A stretch of DNA of 64,000 nucleotides from Nitrospirales bacterium (GTDB lineage: Bacteria; Nitrospirota; Nitrospiria; Nitrospirales; UBA8639): positions 960,001-1,024,000 of the forward strand of contig CBDBCZ010000015.1 of NCBI GenBank assembly GCA_965203295.1, read 5' to 3'. Both the position numbers and the translations under genes were made by a program. The notes beneath the pieces are model-generated. The model was not told the origin of the DNA and ran no database searches. It saw only the letters and a program-made list of their open reading frames with translations. Of the stretch, positions 37,501 through 52,472 are shown piece after piece (within the stretch, counting starts at the first letter, position 1; each line of letters begins with the position of its first letter).

Positions 37501-40500
37501 CTTGATTAGTTTTAATGATGTTAGTCGGATACAATACATGTTTAGGAAGTGTCGATGTTCAAGAAAGGAACTGGTTATTCAAAGGCTTGTTTAGTTTGGT
37601 TGATGTTAGTCTGAAGATTAGGAAAGAAGGATTTTATTGAAAATTGTTAGGTTTTTTTATCTCAGGCAAAGACTTTCAGCCAAAGTAACTGGCTACCATT
37701 GATCTGACCCTTCCAAACTGTTTAGGAAAAAAACCTGTTATTCAAAGGCTTGTTTAGTTTGAATGATGTTAGTCAGATACAATACATGCTTAGGAAGTAT
37801 CGATGTTCAAGAAAGGAACTAGTTATTCAAAGGCTTGTTTAGTTTGGTTGATGTTAGTCTGCAGATTAGGAAAGAAGTATTTTATAGAAAATCGTTAGTT
37901 TTGTTTGTCTCTAGCAAAGACTTTGAGCCAAAGTAACTAGCTACCATTGATCTGACCCTTCCCAACTGTTTAGGAAAAGAACTGGTTATTCAAAGGCTTG
38001 TTTAGTTTAAATGATGGTAGTCCGATACAATACATGCCTAGGAAGTATCGATGTTCAAGAAAGGAACTTGTTATTCAAAGGCTAGTTTAGTTTGGTTGAT
38101 GTTAGTCTGAAGATTAGGAAAGAAGGATTTATTTAAAATATTTAGTTTTGTTGGTCTCTAGCAAAGACTTTAAGCCAAAGTAACAAGCTACCATTGATCT
38201 GACCCTTCCCAACTGTTTAGGAAAAGAACTAGTTATCCAAAGGCTTGTTTAGTTTGAATGATGTTAGTCAGATACAATACATGCTTAGGAAGTATCGATG
38301 TTCAAGAAAGGAACTGGTTATTCAAAGGCCGGTTTAGTTTGGTTGATGTTAGTCTGAATAATATTAAGAAAGAGGAATTTTACTCAAAAATTGTTATTTT
38401 TTTTGTCTCTTGCAAAGACTTTAAGCCAAAGTAACTAGCTACCATTGAACTGACCCTTTCCAACTGTTTAGGAAACGAACTGGTTATTCAAAAGCTAGTT
38501 TAGTTTGAATGATGTTAGTCAAATACAATACATTCTTAAGAAGTATCGATGTTCAAGAAAGGAACTGGTTATTCAAAGGCTTGTTTAGTTTGGTTGATGT
38601 TAGTCTGCAGATTAGGAAAGAAGTATTTTATAGAAAATCGTTAGTTTTGTTGGTCTCTAGCAAAGACTTTGAGCCAAAGAAACTAGCTACCATTGATCTG
38701 ACCCTTCCCAACTTTTTAGGAAAAGAACTGGTTATTCAAAGGCTTGTTTAGTTTAAATGATGTTAGTCGGATTCAATACATGCTTAGGAAGTATCGATGT
38801 TCAAGAAAGGAACTATTTATTCAAAGGCTTGTTTAGTTTGGTTGATGTTTGTCTGAAGATTAGGAAAGAAGGATTTATTGAAAATTGTTAGTTTTGTTGG
38901 TCTCTAGCAAAGACTTTAAGCCAAAGTAACAAGCTACCATTGATCTGACCCTTCCAAACTGTTTAGGAAAAGAACTGGTTATGCAAAGGCTAGTTTAGTT
39001 TGAATGATGTTAGTCAAATACAATACATCCTTAGGAAGTATCGATGTTCAAGAAAGGAACTGGTTATTCAAAGGCTTGTTTAGTTTGGTTGATGTTAGTC
39101 TGCAGATTAGGAAAGAAGGATTTTATTGAAAATTGTTAGTTTTGTTGGTCTCTAGCAAAGACTTTAAGCCAAAGTAACTAGCTACCATTGACCTGACCCT
39201 TTCCAACTTTTTAGGAAAAGAACTTGTTATTCAAAGGCTTGTTTAGTTTGCTTGATGTTAGTCTGAAGATTAAGAAAGAAGGATTTTATTGAAAATTGTT
39301 AGTTTCGTTGGTCTCTAGCAAAGACTTTAAGCCTAAGTAACTAGCTACCATTTATCAGACCCTTCGGAACTGTTTAGAAAAAGAACTGGTTATTCAAAGG
39401 CCTGTTTAATTTTGTTGATGTTAGCCTGAAGATTAGGAAAGAAGGATTGTATTGAAAATTGTTAGTTTTGTTGGTCTCTAGCAAAGACTTTAAGCCAAAG
39501 TCACTAGCTACCATTGATCTGACCCTTCCCAACTGTTTAGAAAAAGAACTGGTTATTCAAAGGCTTGTTTAGTTTGGTTGATGTTTGTCTGAAGATTAGG
39601 AAAGAAGGATTTATTGAAAATTGTTAGTTTGTTGGTCTCTAGCAAAGACTTTAAGCCAAAGTAACAAGCTACCATTGATCTGACCCTTCCAAACTGTTTA
39701 GGAAAAGAACTGGTTATTCAAAGGTTAGTTTAGTTTGAATGATGTTAGTCAAATACAATACATGCTTAAGAAGTATCAATGTTCAAGAAAGGAACTGGTT
39801 ATTCAAAGGCTTGTTTAATTTGGTTGATGTTATTCTTAAGATTAGGAAAGAAGGATTTTATTGAAATTTGTTAGTTTTGTTGGTCTCTAGCAAAGACTAT
39901 GAGCCAAAGTAACTAGCTACCATTGATCTGACCCTTCCCAACTGTTTAGGAAAAGAACTGGTTATTCAAAGGCTTGATTAGTTTTAATGATGTTAGTCGG
40001 ATACAATACATGTTTAGGAAGTATCGATGTTCAAGAAAGGAACTGGTTATTCAAAGGCTTGTTTAGTTTTGTTGATGTTAGTCTGAAGATTAGGAAAGAA
40101 GGATTTTATTTAAAATTGTTAGTTTTGTTGGTCTCTTGCAATGACTTTAAGCCAAAGTTACTAGCTACCTTTGATCTGACCTTTCCGAACTATTTAGAAA
40201 AAGTGCTGGTTATTCAAAGGCTTGTTTGTTTGAATGATATTAGTCAGATACAATACATGCTTAGGAAGTATCAATGTTCAAGAAAGGAAGTGGTAATTCA
40301 AAGGCTTGTTTAGTCTGGTTGATGTTTGTCTGAAGATTAGTAAAGAAGAATTTTAATGAAAATTGTTAGTTTTGTTGGTCTCTAGCAAAGACTTTAAGCC
40401 AAAGTAACTTGCTACCATTTATCTGACCCTTCCCAACTGTTTAGAAAAAGAGCTGGTTATTCAAAGGACTGTTTAGTTTGGTTGATTTTAGTCTGAAGAT

Positions 40501-43500
40501 TAGGAAAGAAAGATTTTATTGATGTTAGTCGGATACAATACATGTTTAAGAAGTGTCGATGTTCAAGAAAGGAACTGGTTATTCAAAGGCTTGTTTAGTT
40601 TGAATGATGTTAGTCAGATACAATACATGCTTAGGAAGTATCGATGTTCAAGAAAGGAACTGGTTATTCCAAGGCTTGTTTAGTTTGCTTGATGTTACTC
40701 TGAAGATTAGGAAAGAAGGATTTTATTGAAAATTTTTATTTTGTTGGTCTCAGGCAAATACTTTCACACAAAGTAACTGGCTACCATTGATCTGACCCTT
40801 CCCAACTGTTTAGGAAAAGAACTTGTTATTCAAAGGCTTGTTTAGTTTGAGTGATTTTAGTCAGATACAATACATGCTTAGGAAGTATCGATGTTCAAGA
40901 AAGGAACTGGTTATTCAAATGCTTATTTAGTTTGCTTGATGTTAGTCTGCAGATTAGGAAAGAAGTATTTTATATAAAATCGTTAGTTTTGTTTGTCTCT
41001 AGCAAAGACTTTGAGCCAAAGTAACTAGCTACCATTGATCTGACCCTTCCCAACTGTTTAGAAAAAGAGCTGGTTATTCAAAGGCTTGTTTTGTTTGAAT
41101 GATATTAGTTAGATACAATACATGCTTAGGAAGTATCAATGTTCAAGTAAGGAACTGGTTATTCAAAGGCTTGTTTAGTTTGCTTGATTTTAGTCTAGGA
41201 AAGAAGTATTTTATTGAAAATCGTTTGTTTTGTTGGTCTCTAGCAAAGACATTGAGCCAATGTAACTAGTTACAATTGATCTGACCCTTCCCTACTGTTT
41301 AGGAGAAGAACTGGTTATTCAAAGTCTTGATTAGTTTTAATGATGTTAGTCGGATACAATACATGTTTAGGAAGTGTCGATGTTCAAGAATGGAACTGGT
41401 TATTCAAAGGCATGTTTAGTTTGAATGAGGTTAGTCTTAAGATTAGGAAAGAAGGATTTTATTGAAAATTGTTAGTTTTGTTGGTCTCTAGCAAAGACTT
41501 TAAGCCAAAGTTACTAGCTACCATTGATCTGACCCTTCCGAACTATTTAGAAATAAGCTGGTTATTCAAAGGCTTGTTTTGTTTGAATGATATTAGTCAG
41601 ATACAATACATGCTTAGGAAGTATCAATGTTGAAGAAAGGAACTGGTTATTCAAAGGCTTGTTTAGTTTGGTTGATGTTAGTCTGAAGATTAAGAAAGAA
41701 GGATTTTAATGAAAATTGTTAGTTTTGTTGGTCTCTAGCAAAGACTTTAAGCCAAAGTCACTAGCTACCATTGATCTGACCCTTCCCAACTGTTTAGAAT
41801 AGAGCTGGTTATTCAAAGACTTGTTTTGTTTGAATGATATTAGTTAGATACAATACATGCTTAGGAAGTATCAATGTTCAAGAAAGGAACTGGTTATTCA
41901 AAGGCTTGTTTAGTTTGGTTGATGTTAGTCTGAAGATTAGGAAAGAAGGATTTTATTGAAAATTGTTAGGTTTTTTTATCTCAGGCAAAGACTTTCAGCC
42001 AAAGTAACTGGCTACCATTGATCTGACCCTTCCAAACTGTTTAGGAAAAAAACCTGTTATTCAAAGGCTTGTTTAGTTTGAATGATGTTAGTCAGATACA
42101 ATACATGCTTAGGAAGTATCGATGTTCAAGAAAGGAACTGGTTATTCAAAGGCTTGTTTAGTTTGGTTGATGTTAGTCTGCAGATTAGGAAAGAAGTATT
42201 TTATAGAAAATCGTTAGTTTTGTTTGTCTCTAGCAAAGACATTGAGCCAAAGTAACTAGCTACCATTGATCTGACCCTTCCCAACTGTTTAGGAAAAGAA
42301 CTGGTTATTCAAAGGCTTGTTTAGTTTAAATGATGGTAGTCCGATACAATACATGCCTAGGAAGTATCGATGTTCAAGAAAGGAACTTGTTATTCAAAGG
42401 CTAGTTTAGTTTGGTTGATGTTAGTCTGAAGATTAGGAAAGAAGGATTTATTTAAAATATTTAGTTTTGTTGGTCTCTAGCAAAGACTTTAAGCCAAAGT
42501 AACAAGCTACCATTGATCTGACCCTTCCCAACTGTTTAGGAAAAGAACTAGTTATCCAAAGGCTTGTTTAGTTTGAATGATGTTAGTCAGATACAATACA
42601 TGCTTAGGAAGTATCGATGTTCAAGAAAGGAACTGGTTATTCAAAGGCCGGTTTAGTTTGGTTGATGTTAGTCTGAATAATATTAAGAAAGAGGAATTTT
42701 ACTCAAAAATTGTTATTTTTTTTGTCTCTGGCAAAGACTTTAAGCCAAAGTAACTAGCTACCATTGAACTGACCCTTTCCAACTTTTTAGGAAACGAACT
42801 GGTTATTCAAAGGCTAGTTTAGTTTGAATGATGTTAGTCAAATACAATACATTCTTAAGAAGTATCGATGTTCAAGAAAGGAACTGGTTATTCAAAGGCT
42901 TGTTTAGTTTGGTTGATGTTAGTCTGCAGATTAGGAAAGAAGTATTTTATAGAAAATTGTTAGTTTTGTTGGTCTCTAGCAAAGACTTTGAGCCAAAGAA
43001 ACTAGCTACCATTGATCTGACCCTTCCCAACTTTTTAGGAAAAGAACTGGTTATTCAAAGGCTTGTTTAGTTTAAATGATGTTAGTCGGATTCAATACAT
43101 GCTTAGGAAGTATCGATGTTCAAGAAAGGAACTATTTATTCAAAGGCTTGTTTAGTTTGGTTGATGTTTGTCTGAAGATTAGGAAAGAAGGATTTATTGA
43201 AAATTGTTAGTTTTGTTGGTCTCTAGCAAAGACTTTAAGCCAAAGTAACAAGCTACCATTGATCTGACCCTTCCCAACTGTTTAGGAAAAGAACTTGTTA
43301 TTCAAAGGCTTGTTTAGTTTGCTTGATGTTAGTCTGAAGATTAAGAAAGAAGGATTTTATTGAAAATTGTTAGTTTCGTTGGTCTCTAGCAAAGACTTTA
43401 AGCCTAAGTAACTAGCTACCATTTATCAGACCCTTCGGAACTGTTTAGAAAAAGAACTGGTTATTCAAAGGCCTGTTTAATTTTGTTGATGTTAGCCTGA

Positions 43501-46500
43501 ATATTAGGAAAGAAGGATTGTATTGAAAATTGTTAGTTTTGTTGGTCTCTAGCAAAGACTTTAAGCCAAAGTCACTAGCTACCATTGATCTGGCCCTTCC
43601 CAACTGTTTAGAAAAAGAACTGGTTATTAAAAGGTTAGTTTAGTTTGAATGATGTTAGTCAAATACAATACATGCTTAAGAAGTATCAATGTTCAAGAAA
43701 GGAACTGGTTATTCAAAGGCTTGTTTAATTTGGTTGATGTTATTCTTAAGATTAGGAAAAAGGATTTTATTGAAATTTGTTAGTTTTGTTGGTCTCTAGC
43801 AAAGACTATGAGCCAAAGTAACTAGCTACCATTGATCTGACCCTTCGCAACTGTTTAGGAAAAGAACTGGTTATTCAAAGGCTTGATTAGTTTTAATGAT
43901 GTTAGTCGGATACAATACATGTTTAGGAAGTATCGATGTTCAAGAAAGGAACTGGTTATTCAAAGGCTTGTTTAGTTTGGTTGATGTTAGTCTGAAGATT
44001 AGGAAAGAAGGATTTTATTTAAAATTGTTAGTTTTGTTGGTCTCTTGCAATGACTTTAAGCCAAAGTTACTAGCTACCATTGATCTGACCTTTCCGAACT
44101 ATTTAGAAAAAGTGCTGGTTATTCAAAGGCTTGTTTGTTTGAATGATATTAGTCAGATACAATACATGCTTAGGAAGTATCAATGTTTAAGAAAGGAAGT
44201 GGTAATTCAAAGGCTTGTTTAGTCTGGTTGATGTTTGTCTGAAGATTAGTAAAGAAGAATTTCAATGAAAATTGTTAGTTTTGTTGGTCTCTAGCAAAGA
44301 CTTTAAGCCAAAGTAACTTGCTACCATTTATCTGACCCTTCCCAACTGTTTAGAAAAAGAGCTGGTTATTCAAAGGACTGTTTAGTTTGGTTGATTTTAG
44401 TCTGAAGATTAGGAAAGAAAGATTTTATTGATGTTAGTCGGATACAATACATGTTTTAGAAGTGTCGATGTTCAAGAAAGGAACTGGTTATTCAAAGGCT
44501 TGTTTAGTTTGAATGAATTTAGTCAGATACAATACATGCTTAGGAAGTCTCGATGTTCAAGAAAGGAACTGGTTATTCCAAGGCTTGTTTAGTTTGCTTG
44601 ATGTTAGTCTGCAAATTAGGAAAGAAGTATTTTATTGAAAATCGTTAGTTTTGTTGGTCTCTAGCAAAGACTTTGAGCCAAAGTAACTAGCTACCATTGA
44701 TCTGACCCTTCCCAACTGTTTAGAAAAAGAACTGGTTATTCAAAGGCTTGTTTAGTTTGAATGATGTTAGTCAAATACAATACATGCCAAGGAAGTATCG
44801 ATGTTCAAGAAAGGAACTGGTTATTCAAAGGCCGGTTTAGTTTGGTTGATGTTAGTCTGAATAATATTAAGAAAGAGGAATTTTACTCAAAAATTGTTAT
44901 TTTTTTTGTCTCTGGCAAAGACTTTAAGCCAAAGTAACTAGCTACCATTGAACTGACCCTTTCCAACTTTTTAGGAAACGAACTGGTTATTCAAAGGCTA
45001 GTTTAGTTTGAATGATGTTAGTCAAATACAATACATTCTTAAGAAGTATCGATGTTCAAGAAAGGAACTGGTTATTCAAAGGCTTGTTTAGTTTGGTTGA
45101 TGTTAGTCTGCAGATTAGGAAAGAAGTATTTTATAGAAAATTGTTAGTTTTGTTGGTCTCTAGCAAAGACTTTGAGCCAAAGAAACTAGCTACCATTGAT
45201 CTGACCCTTCCCAACTTTTTAGGAAAAGAACTGGTTATTCAAAGGCTTGTTTAGTTTAAATTATGTTAGTCGGATTCAATACATGCTTAGGAAGTATCGA
45301 TGTTCAAGAAAGGAACTATTTATTCAAAGGCTTGTTTAGTTTGGTTGATGTTTGTCTGAAGATTAGGAAAGAAGGATTTATTGAAAATTGTTAGTTTTGT
45401 TGGTCTCTAGCAAAGACTTTAAGCCAAAGTAACAAGCTACCATTGATCTGACCCTTCCCAACTGTTTAGGAAAAGAACTTGTTATTCAAAGGCTTGTTTA
45501 GTTTGCTTGATGTTAGTCTGAAGATTAAGAAAGAAGGATTTTATTGAAAATTGTTAGTTTCGTTGGTCTCTAGCAAAGACTTTAAGCCTAAGTAACTAGC
45601 TACCATTTATCAGACCCTTCGGAACTGTTTAGAAAAAGAACTGGTTATTCAAAGGCCTGTTTAATTTTGTTGATGTTAGCCTGAATATTAGGAAAGAAGG
45701 ATTGTATTGAAAATTGTTAGTTTTGTTGGTCTCTAGCAAAGACTTTAAGCCAAAGTCACTAGCTACCATTGATCTGGCCCTTCCCAACTGTTTAGAAAAA
45801 GAACTGGTTATTAAAAGGTTAGTTTAGTTTGAATGATGTTAGTCAAATACAATACATGCTTAAGAAGTATCAATGTTCAAGAAAGGAACTGGTTATTCAA
45901 AGGCTTGTTTAATTTGGTTGATGTTATTCTTAAGATTAGGAAAAAGGATTTTATTGAAATTTGTTAGTTTTGTTGGTCTCTAGCAAAGACTATGAGCCAA
46001 AGTAACTAGCTACCATTGATCTGACCCTTCGCAACTGTTTAGGAAAAGAACTGGTTATTCAAAGGCTTGATTAGTTTTAATGATGTTAGTCGGATACAAT
46101 ACATGTTTAGGAAGTATCGATGTTCAAGAAAGGAACTGGTTATTCAAAGGCTTGTTTAGTTTGGTTGATGTTAGTCTGAAGATTAGGAAAGAAGGATTTT
46201 ATTTAAAATTGTTAGTTTTGTTGGTCTCTTGCAATGACTTTAAGCCAAAGTTACTAGCTACCATTGATCTGACCTTTCCGAACTATTTAGAAAAAGTGCT
46301 GGTTATTCAAAGGCTTGTTTGTTTGAATGATATTAGTCAGATACAATACATGCTTAGGAAGTATCAATGTTTAAGAAAGGAAGTGGTAATTCAAAGGCTT
46401 GTTTAGTCTGGTTGATGTTTGTCTGAAGATTAGTAAAGAAGAATTTCAATGAAAATTGTTAGTTTTGTTGGTCTCTAGCAAAGACTTTAAGCCAAAGTAA

Positions 46501-48804
46501 CTTGCTACCATTTATCTGACCCTTCCCAACTGTTTAGAAAAAGAGCTGGTTATTCAAAGGACTGTTTAGTTTGGTTGATTTTAGTCTGAAGATTAGGAAA
46601 GAAAGATTTTATTGATGTTAGTCGGATACAATACATGTTTTAGAAGTGTCGATGTTCAAGAAAGGAACTGGTTATTCAAAGGCTTGTTTAGTTTGAATGA
46701 ATTTAGTCAGATACAATACATGCTTAGGAAGTCTCGATGTTCAAGAAAGGAACTGGTTATTCCAAGGCTTGTTTAGTTTGCTTGATGTTAGTCTGCAAAT
46801 TAGGAAAGAAGTATTTTATTGAAAATCGTTAGTTTTGTTGGTCTCTAGCAAAGACTTTGAGCCAAAGTAACTAGCTACCATTGATCTGACCCTTCCCAAC
46901 TGTTTAGAAAAAGAACTGGTTATTCAAAGGCTTGTTTAGTTTGAATGATGTTAGTCAAATACAATACATGCCAAGGAAGTATCGAAGTTCAAGAAAGGAA
47001 CTGGTTATTCAAAAGCTTGTTTAGTTTGGTTGATGTTAGTCTGAAGATTAGGAAAGAAGGTTTTTATTCAAAAATTGTTAATTTTGTTGGTCTCTGGCAA
47101 AGACTTTAAGCCAAGGTATTCAAGGGCTTTTTTTGTTTCGTTGATGTTAGTCTGAAGATTAGGAAAGAAGGATTTTAATGAAAATTATTAGTTTTGTTGG
47201 TCTCTAGCAAAGACTTTAAACCAAAGTTACTAGCTACCTTTAATCTGACCCTTCCCAACTGTTTAGAAAAAAGAGCTGGTTTTTCAAAAGCTTGTTTAGT
47301 TTGAATGATGTTAGTCTGAAGATTAGAAAAGAAGGATTTTATTGAAAATTGATAGTTTTGTTGGTCTCTAGCAAAGACTTTAAGCCAAAGTACCTAGCTA
47401 CCATTTATCTGACCCTTCCCAACTGTTTAGAAAAAGAACTGTTTTTTCAAAGGCCTGTTTAGTTTCGTTGATTTTAGCCTGAAGATTAAGAAGGAAGGAT
47501 TTTATTGATAATTGTTAGTTTTGTTGGTCTCTTGCAAAGACTTTAAGCCAAAGTAATTGGCTACCATTTATCTGATCCTTCCCAACTATTTAGAAAAAGA
47601 GCTGGTTATTCAAAGGCTTGTTTAGTTTGAATGTTATTAGTCAGATACAATACATGCTTAGGAAGTATCAATGTTCAAGATAGGAACTGGTTATTCAATG
47701 GCTTGTTTAGTTTGGTTGATGTTACTCTGAAGATTAGGAAAGAAGGATTTTATTGAAAATTTTTATTTTGTTGGTCTCAGGCAAATACTTTCACACAAAG
47801 TAACTAGCTACCATTGATCTGACCCTTCCCAACTGTTTAGGAAAAGAACTTGTTATTCAAAGGCTTGTTTAGTTTGAGTGATTTTAGTCAGATACAATAC
47901 ATGCTTAGGAAGTATCGATGTTCAAGAAAGGAACTGGTTATTCAAATGCTTATTTAGTTTGCTTGATGTTAGTCTGCAGATTAGGAAAGAAGTATTTTAT
48001 ATAAAATCGTTAGTTTTGTTTGTCTCTAGCAAAGACTTTGAGCCAAAGTAACTAGCTACCATTGATCTGACCCTTCCCAACTGTTTAGGGAAAGAACTGG
48101 TTATTCAAAGGCTTGATTAGTTTTAATGATGTTAGTCGGATACAATACATGTTTAGGAAGTGTAGATGTTCAAGAATGGAACTGGTTATTCAAAGGCTTG
48201 TTTAGTTTGGTTGATGTTAGTCTTAAGATTAGGAAAGAAGGATTTTATTGAAAATTGTTAGTTTTGTTGGTCTCAGGCAAAGACTTTCAGCCAAAGTAAC
48301 TAGCTACCATTGATCTGACCCTTCCTAACTGTTTAGGAAAAGAACTGGTTATTCAAAGAAGGCTTGTTTAGTTTGAATGATGTTAGTCTGAAGATTAGGA
48401 AAGAAGGATTTTATTGAAAATTGTTAGTTTTGTTGGTCTCTAGCAAAGACTTTAAGCCAAAGTAACTAGCTACCATTTATCTGACCCTTTCCAACTGTTT
48501 AGAAAAAGAACTGGTTATTCAAAGGCCTGTTTAGTTTTGTTGATGTTAGCCTGAAGATTAGGAAAGTAGGATTTTATTGAAAATTGTTAGTTTTGTTGGT
48601 CTCTAGCAAAGACTTTCAGCCAAAGTAACTGGCTACCATTGATCTGACCCTTCCAAACTGTTTAGGAAAAGAACCTGTTATTCAAAGGCTTGTTTAGTTT
48701 GAATGATGTTAGTCAGATACAATACATGCTTAGGAAGTATCGCTGTTCATGAAAGGAACTGGTTATTCAAAGGCTTGATTAGTTTTAATGATGTTAGTCG
48801 GATA

Positions 48805-49384
48805 CCGTAAACTCTGATAAATAACCGGGGACGGTTATAATTAGAATTTGCAGCCTCAGTGGGCGGTTACTTTTACATGGGCGGGTATAATCACAGATCG
48901 GTTATTTTTGCAAAACAACCGTTAATAGCGTGGCAGATTTACAGAAACATATCCTACGCTGAGATCAGCCCGGTAGATGTGAGGTAGGAAGCCTTCAGGC
49001 AGGCTAACTGAACGAGCTCCATAGCGTTACCTTAGCTACCGTAGCTTAGTCTTGTTCCCAGAACCCTTCACTAATCATAGCTAGGGTTTTCTCGCTACGA
49101 CTAACGCCGACTTTTTGGTTTTCCCAGTCTGATTCTCGTCGCTATTCTGTACAGTCGTGTTTTACGTATTAGCTGCATGCTCTGCTTGCTATAGACATTC
49201 ACACGCGCAAACGCTATTAATTTTACAGATTCAATTTCCTGCCTGGGCTGCACGTGCAAATTATGGGCGGTTATGTTTACATAGAAGGTTTTACACGCGA
49301 GTAAACTGTTGTTGTAGTAAATTGATCGGTTATACTAGAGGGGCGGTTACCTTTAAGGGGGCGGTTATTTATCAGATTTTACGA
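48805..49384. mobile_element. 580-bp MITE, Tc1/mariner-pogo superfamily type
   Basis: TIRs CCGTAAACTCTGATAAATAACCG / CGGTTATTTATCAGATTTTACGA (21/23), TA duplicated at 48803-4 and 49385-6; excision restores satellite GTCGGATACAATAC; no transposase ORF. Confidence 0.93.
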
Positions 49385-51871
49385 TACAATACATGTTTAG
49401 GAAGTGTCGATGTTCAAGAAAGGAACTGGTTATTCAAAGGCTTGTTTAGTTTGGTTGATGTTACTCAGAAGATTCGGAAAGAAGCATTTTATTTAAAATT
49501 GTTTGTTGTTGTTGGTCTCAGGCAAATACTTTCAGCCAAAGTAACTGGCTACCATTGATCTGACCCTTCCCAACTGTTTAGGAAAAGAACTTGTTATTCA
49601 AAGGCTTGTTTAGTTTGAATGATGTTAGTCAGATACAATACATGCTTAGGAAGTATCGATGTTCATGAAAGGAACTGGTTATTCAAATGCTTATTAAGTT
49701 TTCTTGATGTTAGTCTGCAGATTAGGAAAGAAGTATTTTATAGAAAATCATTAGTTTTGTTTGTCTCTAGCAAAGACTTTGAGCCAAAGTAACTAGCTAC
49801 CATTGATCTGACCCTTCCCAACTGTTTAGGAAAAGAACTGGTTATTCAAAGGCTTGATTAGTTTTAATGATGTTAGTCGGATACAATACATGTTTAGGAA
49901 GTGTAGATGTTCAAGAATGGAACTGGTTATTCAAAGGCTTGTTTAGTTTGGTTGATGTTAGTCTTAAGATTAGGAAAGAAGGATTTTATTGAAAATTGTT
50001 AGTTTTGTTGGTCTCAGGCAAAGACTTTCAGCCAAAGTAACTAACTACCATTGATCTGACCCTTCCTAACTGTTTAGGAAAAGAACTGGTTATTCAAAGG
50101 CTTGTTTAGTTTGAATGATGTTAGTCTGAAGATTAGAAAAGAAGGATTTTATTGAAAATTGTTAGTTTTGTTGGTCTCAGGAAAATACTTTCAGCCAAAG
50201 TAACTGGCTACCATTGATCTGACCCTTCCCAACTGTTTAGGAAAAGAACTTGTTATTCAAAGGCTTGTTTAGTTTGAATGATGTTAGTCAGATACAATAC
50301 ATGCTTAGGAAGTATCGATGTTCAAGAAAGGAACTGGTTATTCAAAGGCTTGTTTAGTTTGCTTGATGTTAGTCTGCAGATAAGGAAAGAAGTATTTTAT
50401 AGAAAATCTGTAGTTTTGTTGGTCTCTAGCAAAGACTTTGCGCCAAAGTAACTAGCTACCTTTGATCTGACCCTTCCCAGCTGTTTAGGATAAGAACTGG
50501 TTATTCAAAGGCTTGATTAGTTTTAATGTTAGTCGAATACAATACATGTTTAAGAAGTGTCAATGTTCAAGAAAGGAACTGGTTTTTCAAAGGCTTGTTT
50601 AGTTTGGTTGATGTTAGTCTGAAGATTAGGAAAGAAGGATTTTATTGAAAATTGTTAGTTTTGTTGGTCTCAGGCAAAGACTTTCAGCCAAAGTAACTAG
50701 CTACCATTCATCTGACCCTTCCTAACTGTTTATGAAAAGAACTGGTTATTCAAAGGCTTGTTTAGTTTGAATGATGTTAGTCTGAAGATTAGGAAAGAAG
50801 GATTTTATTGAAAATTGTTAGTTTTGTTGGTCTCTAGCAAAGACTTTAAGCCAAAGTAACTAGCTACCATTTATCTGACTCTTCCCAACTGTTTAGAAAA
50901 AGAACTGGTTATTCAAAGGCCTGTTTAGTTTCGTTGATTTTAGCTTTAAGATTAAGAATGAAGGATTTTATTGATAATTGTTAGTTTTGTTGGTCTCTTG
51001 CAAAGACTTTAAGCCATAGTAACTGGCTACCATTGATCTGATCCTTCCTAACTATTTAGAAAAAGAGCTGGTTATTCAAAGGCTTGTTTTGTTTAAATGA
51101 TATTAGTCAGATACAATACATGCTTAGGAAGTATCAATGTTCAAGAAAGGAACTGGTTATTCAAAGGCTTGTTTAGTTTGGTTGATGTTAGTCTGAAGAT
51201 TAGGAAAGAAGGATTTTATTGAAAATTGTTAGTTTTTTTGGTCTCAGGCAAATACTTTCAGCCAAAGTAACTGGCTACCATTGATCTGACCCTTCCCAAC
51301 TATTTAGGAAAATATCTTGTTATTCAAAGGCTTGTTTAGTTTGAATGATGTTAGTCAGATACAATACATGCTTAGGAAGTATCGATGTTCAAGAAAGGAA
51401 CTGGTTATTCAAATGCTTATTTAGTTAGCTTGATGTTAGTCTGCAGATTAGGAAAGAAGTATTTTATAGAAAATCGTTAGTTTTGTTGGTCTCTAGCAAA
51501 GACTTTGAGCCAAAGTAACTAGCTACCATTGATCTGACCCTTCCCAACTGTTTAGGAAAAGAACTGGTTATTCAAAGGCTTGATTAGTTTTAATGAATTT
51601 ATTCGGATACAATACATGTTTAGGAAGTGTCGATGTTCAAGAAAGGAACTGGTTATTCAAAGGCTTGTTTAGTTTGGTTGATGTTAGTCTTAAGATTAGG
51701 AAAGAAGGATTTTATAGAAAATCGTTAGTTTTGTTGGTCTCTAGCAAAGACTTTGAGCCAAAGTAACTAGCTACCATTGATATTACCCTTCCCAGCTGTT
51801 TAGGAAAAGAACTGGTTATTCAAAGGCTTGATTAGTTTTAATGATGTTAGTCGAATACAATACATGTTTAA

Positions 51872-52472
51872 CCCTTTGGCTTCCGAGAGCGCCAAATGGC
51901 GCTCTTAAAATGCCTGGTCTTATCAGCTACGTAGTGCCGCGTAGTACGCAGCAACCACAACGATTATATCCTGTTTACTTTGCGCATGTATTGACCTCTT
52001 TACTGATATATATTTTATTAATATTCATAACTTCCTGTACGGATATAACAACCACAAAAATGTCGCTCTCGTGCGCTAATACGCTAGTCCGCGCTGCAAC
52101 TTGTCTGTTCGGTGCTTCCTTCTGGTCTTCTCAGTTTCTGTAGGTTCTCTGTGTCTGTAACCCGTCTGTGCATCTCCAGAGACAATTCTATACTGTAGCT
52201 ACTGCCTATCAGTCATCATACTCCGTGCTTTAGCTAACTACCGTGCTCAGCCTGAAAATCACAAGCTTACAACGCTTTTACAAGTCACGTGACCTAACAC
52301 GTGTTTCCATGGCAACGCATCGTGCCTAGCGCCTCAGGGGATTCGCCTCAGGGGATTTCCCTCAGGGCATTCTACAGTGCAGTAGGGCCTAGCAGGAGAC
52401 AGTAATAATTCAGATTACTGGAGGTAAGCTCACAGACTAAAATAATATTCACAAATCTAGGAAGCCAAAGGG
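51872..52472. mobile_element. 601-bp non-autonomous piggyBac element (MITE)
   Basis: TTAA at 51868-71 and 52473-76; CCC...GGG ends; TIR CCCTTTGGCTTCCGAGA / TCTAGGAAGCCAAAGGG (16/17); three CCTCAGGG.ATT repeats at ~52331-52372; no transposase ORF. Confidence 0.95.

Noticed and set aside
28492..46406. Repeated ORFs MMLV(K/G/R)YNTCLGSIDVQERNWLFKGL... as a peptide gene family
   Set aside because: Chance open frames in satellite monomers; lengths of 163 and 85 are not multiples of 3 and indels/stops vary freely.
49157..49558. 133-aa ORF as a transposase
   Set aside because: Runs from the MITE interior into satellite; no DDE/HTH motifs.
51841..52143. 100-aa ORF as a piggyBac transposase
   Set aside because: Starts in satellite, has no recognisable motifs, and the element is too short.
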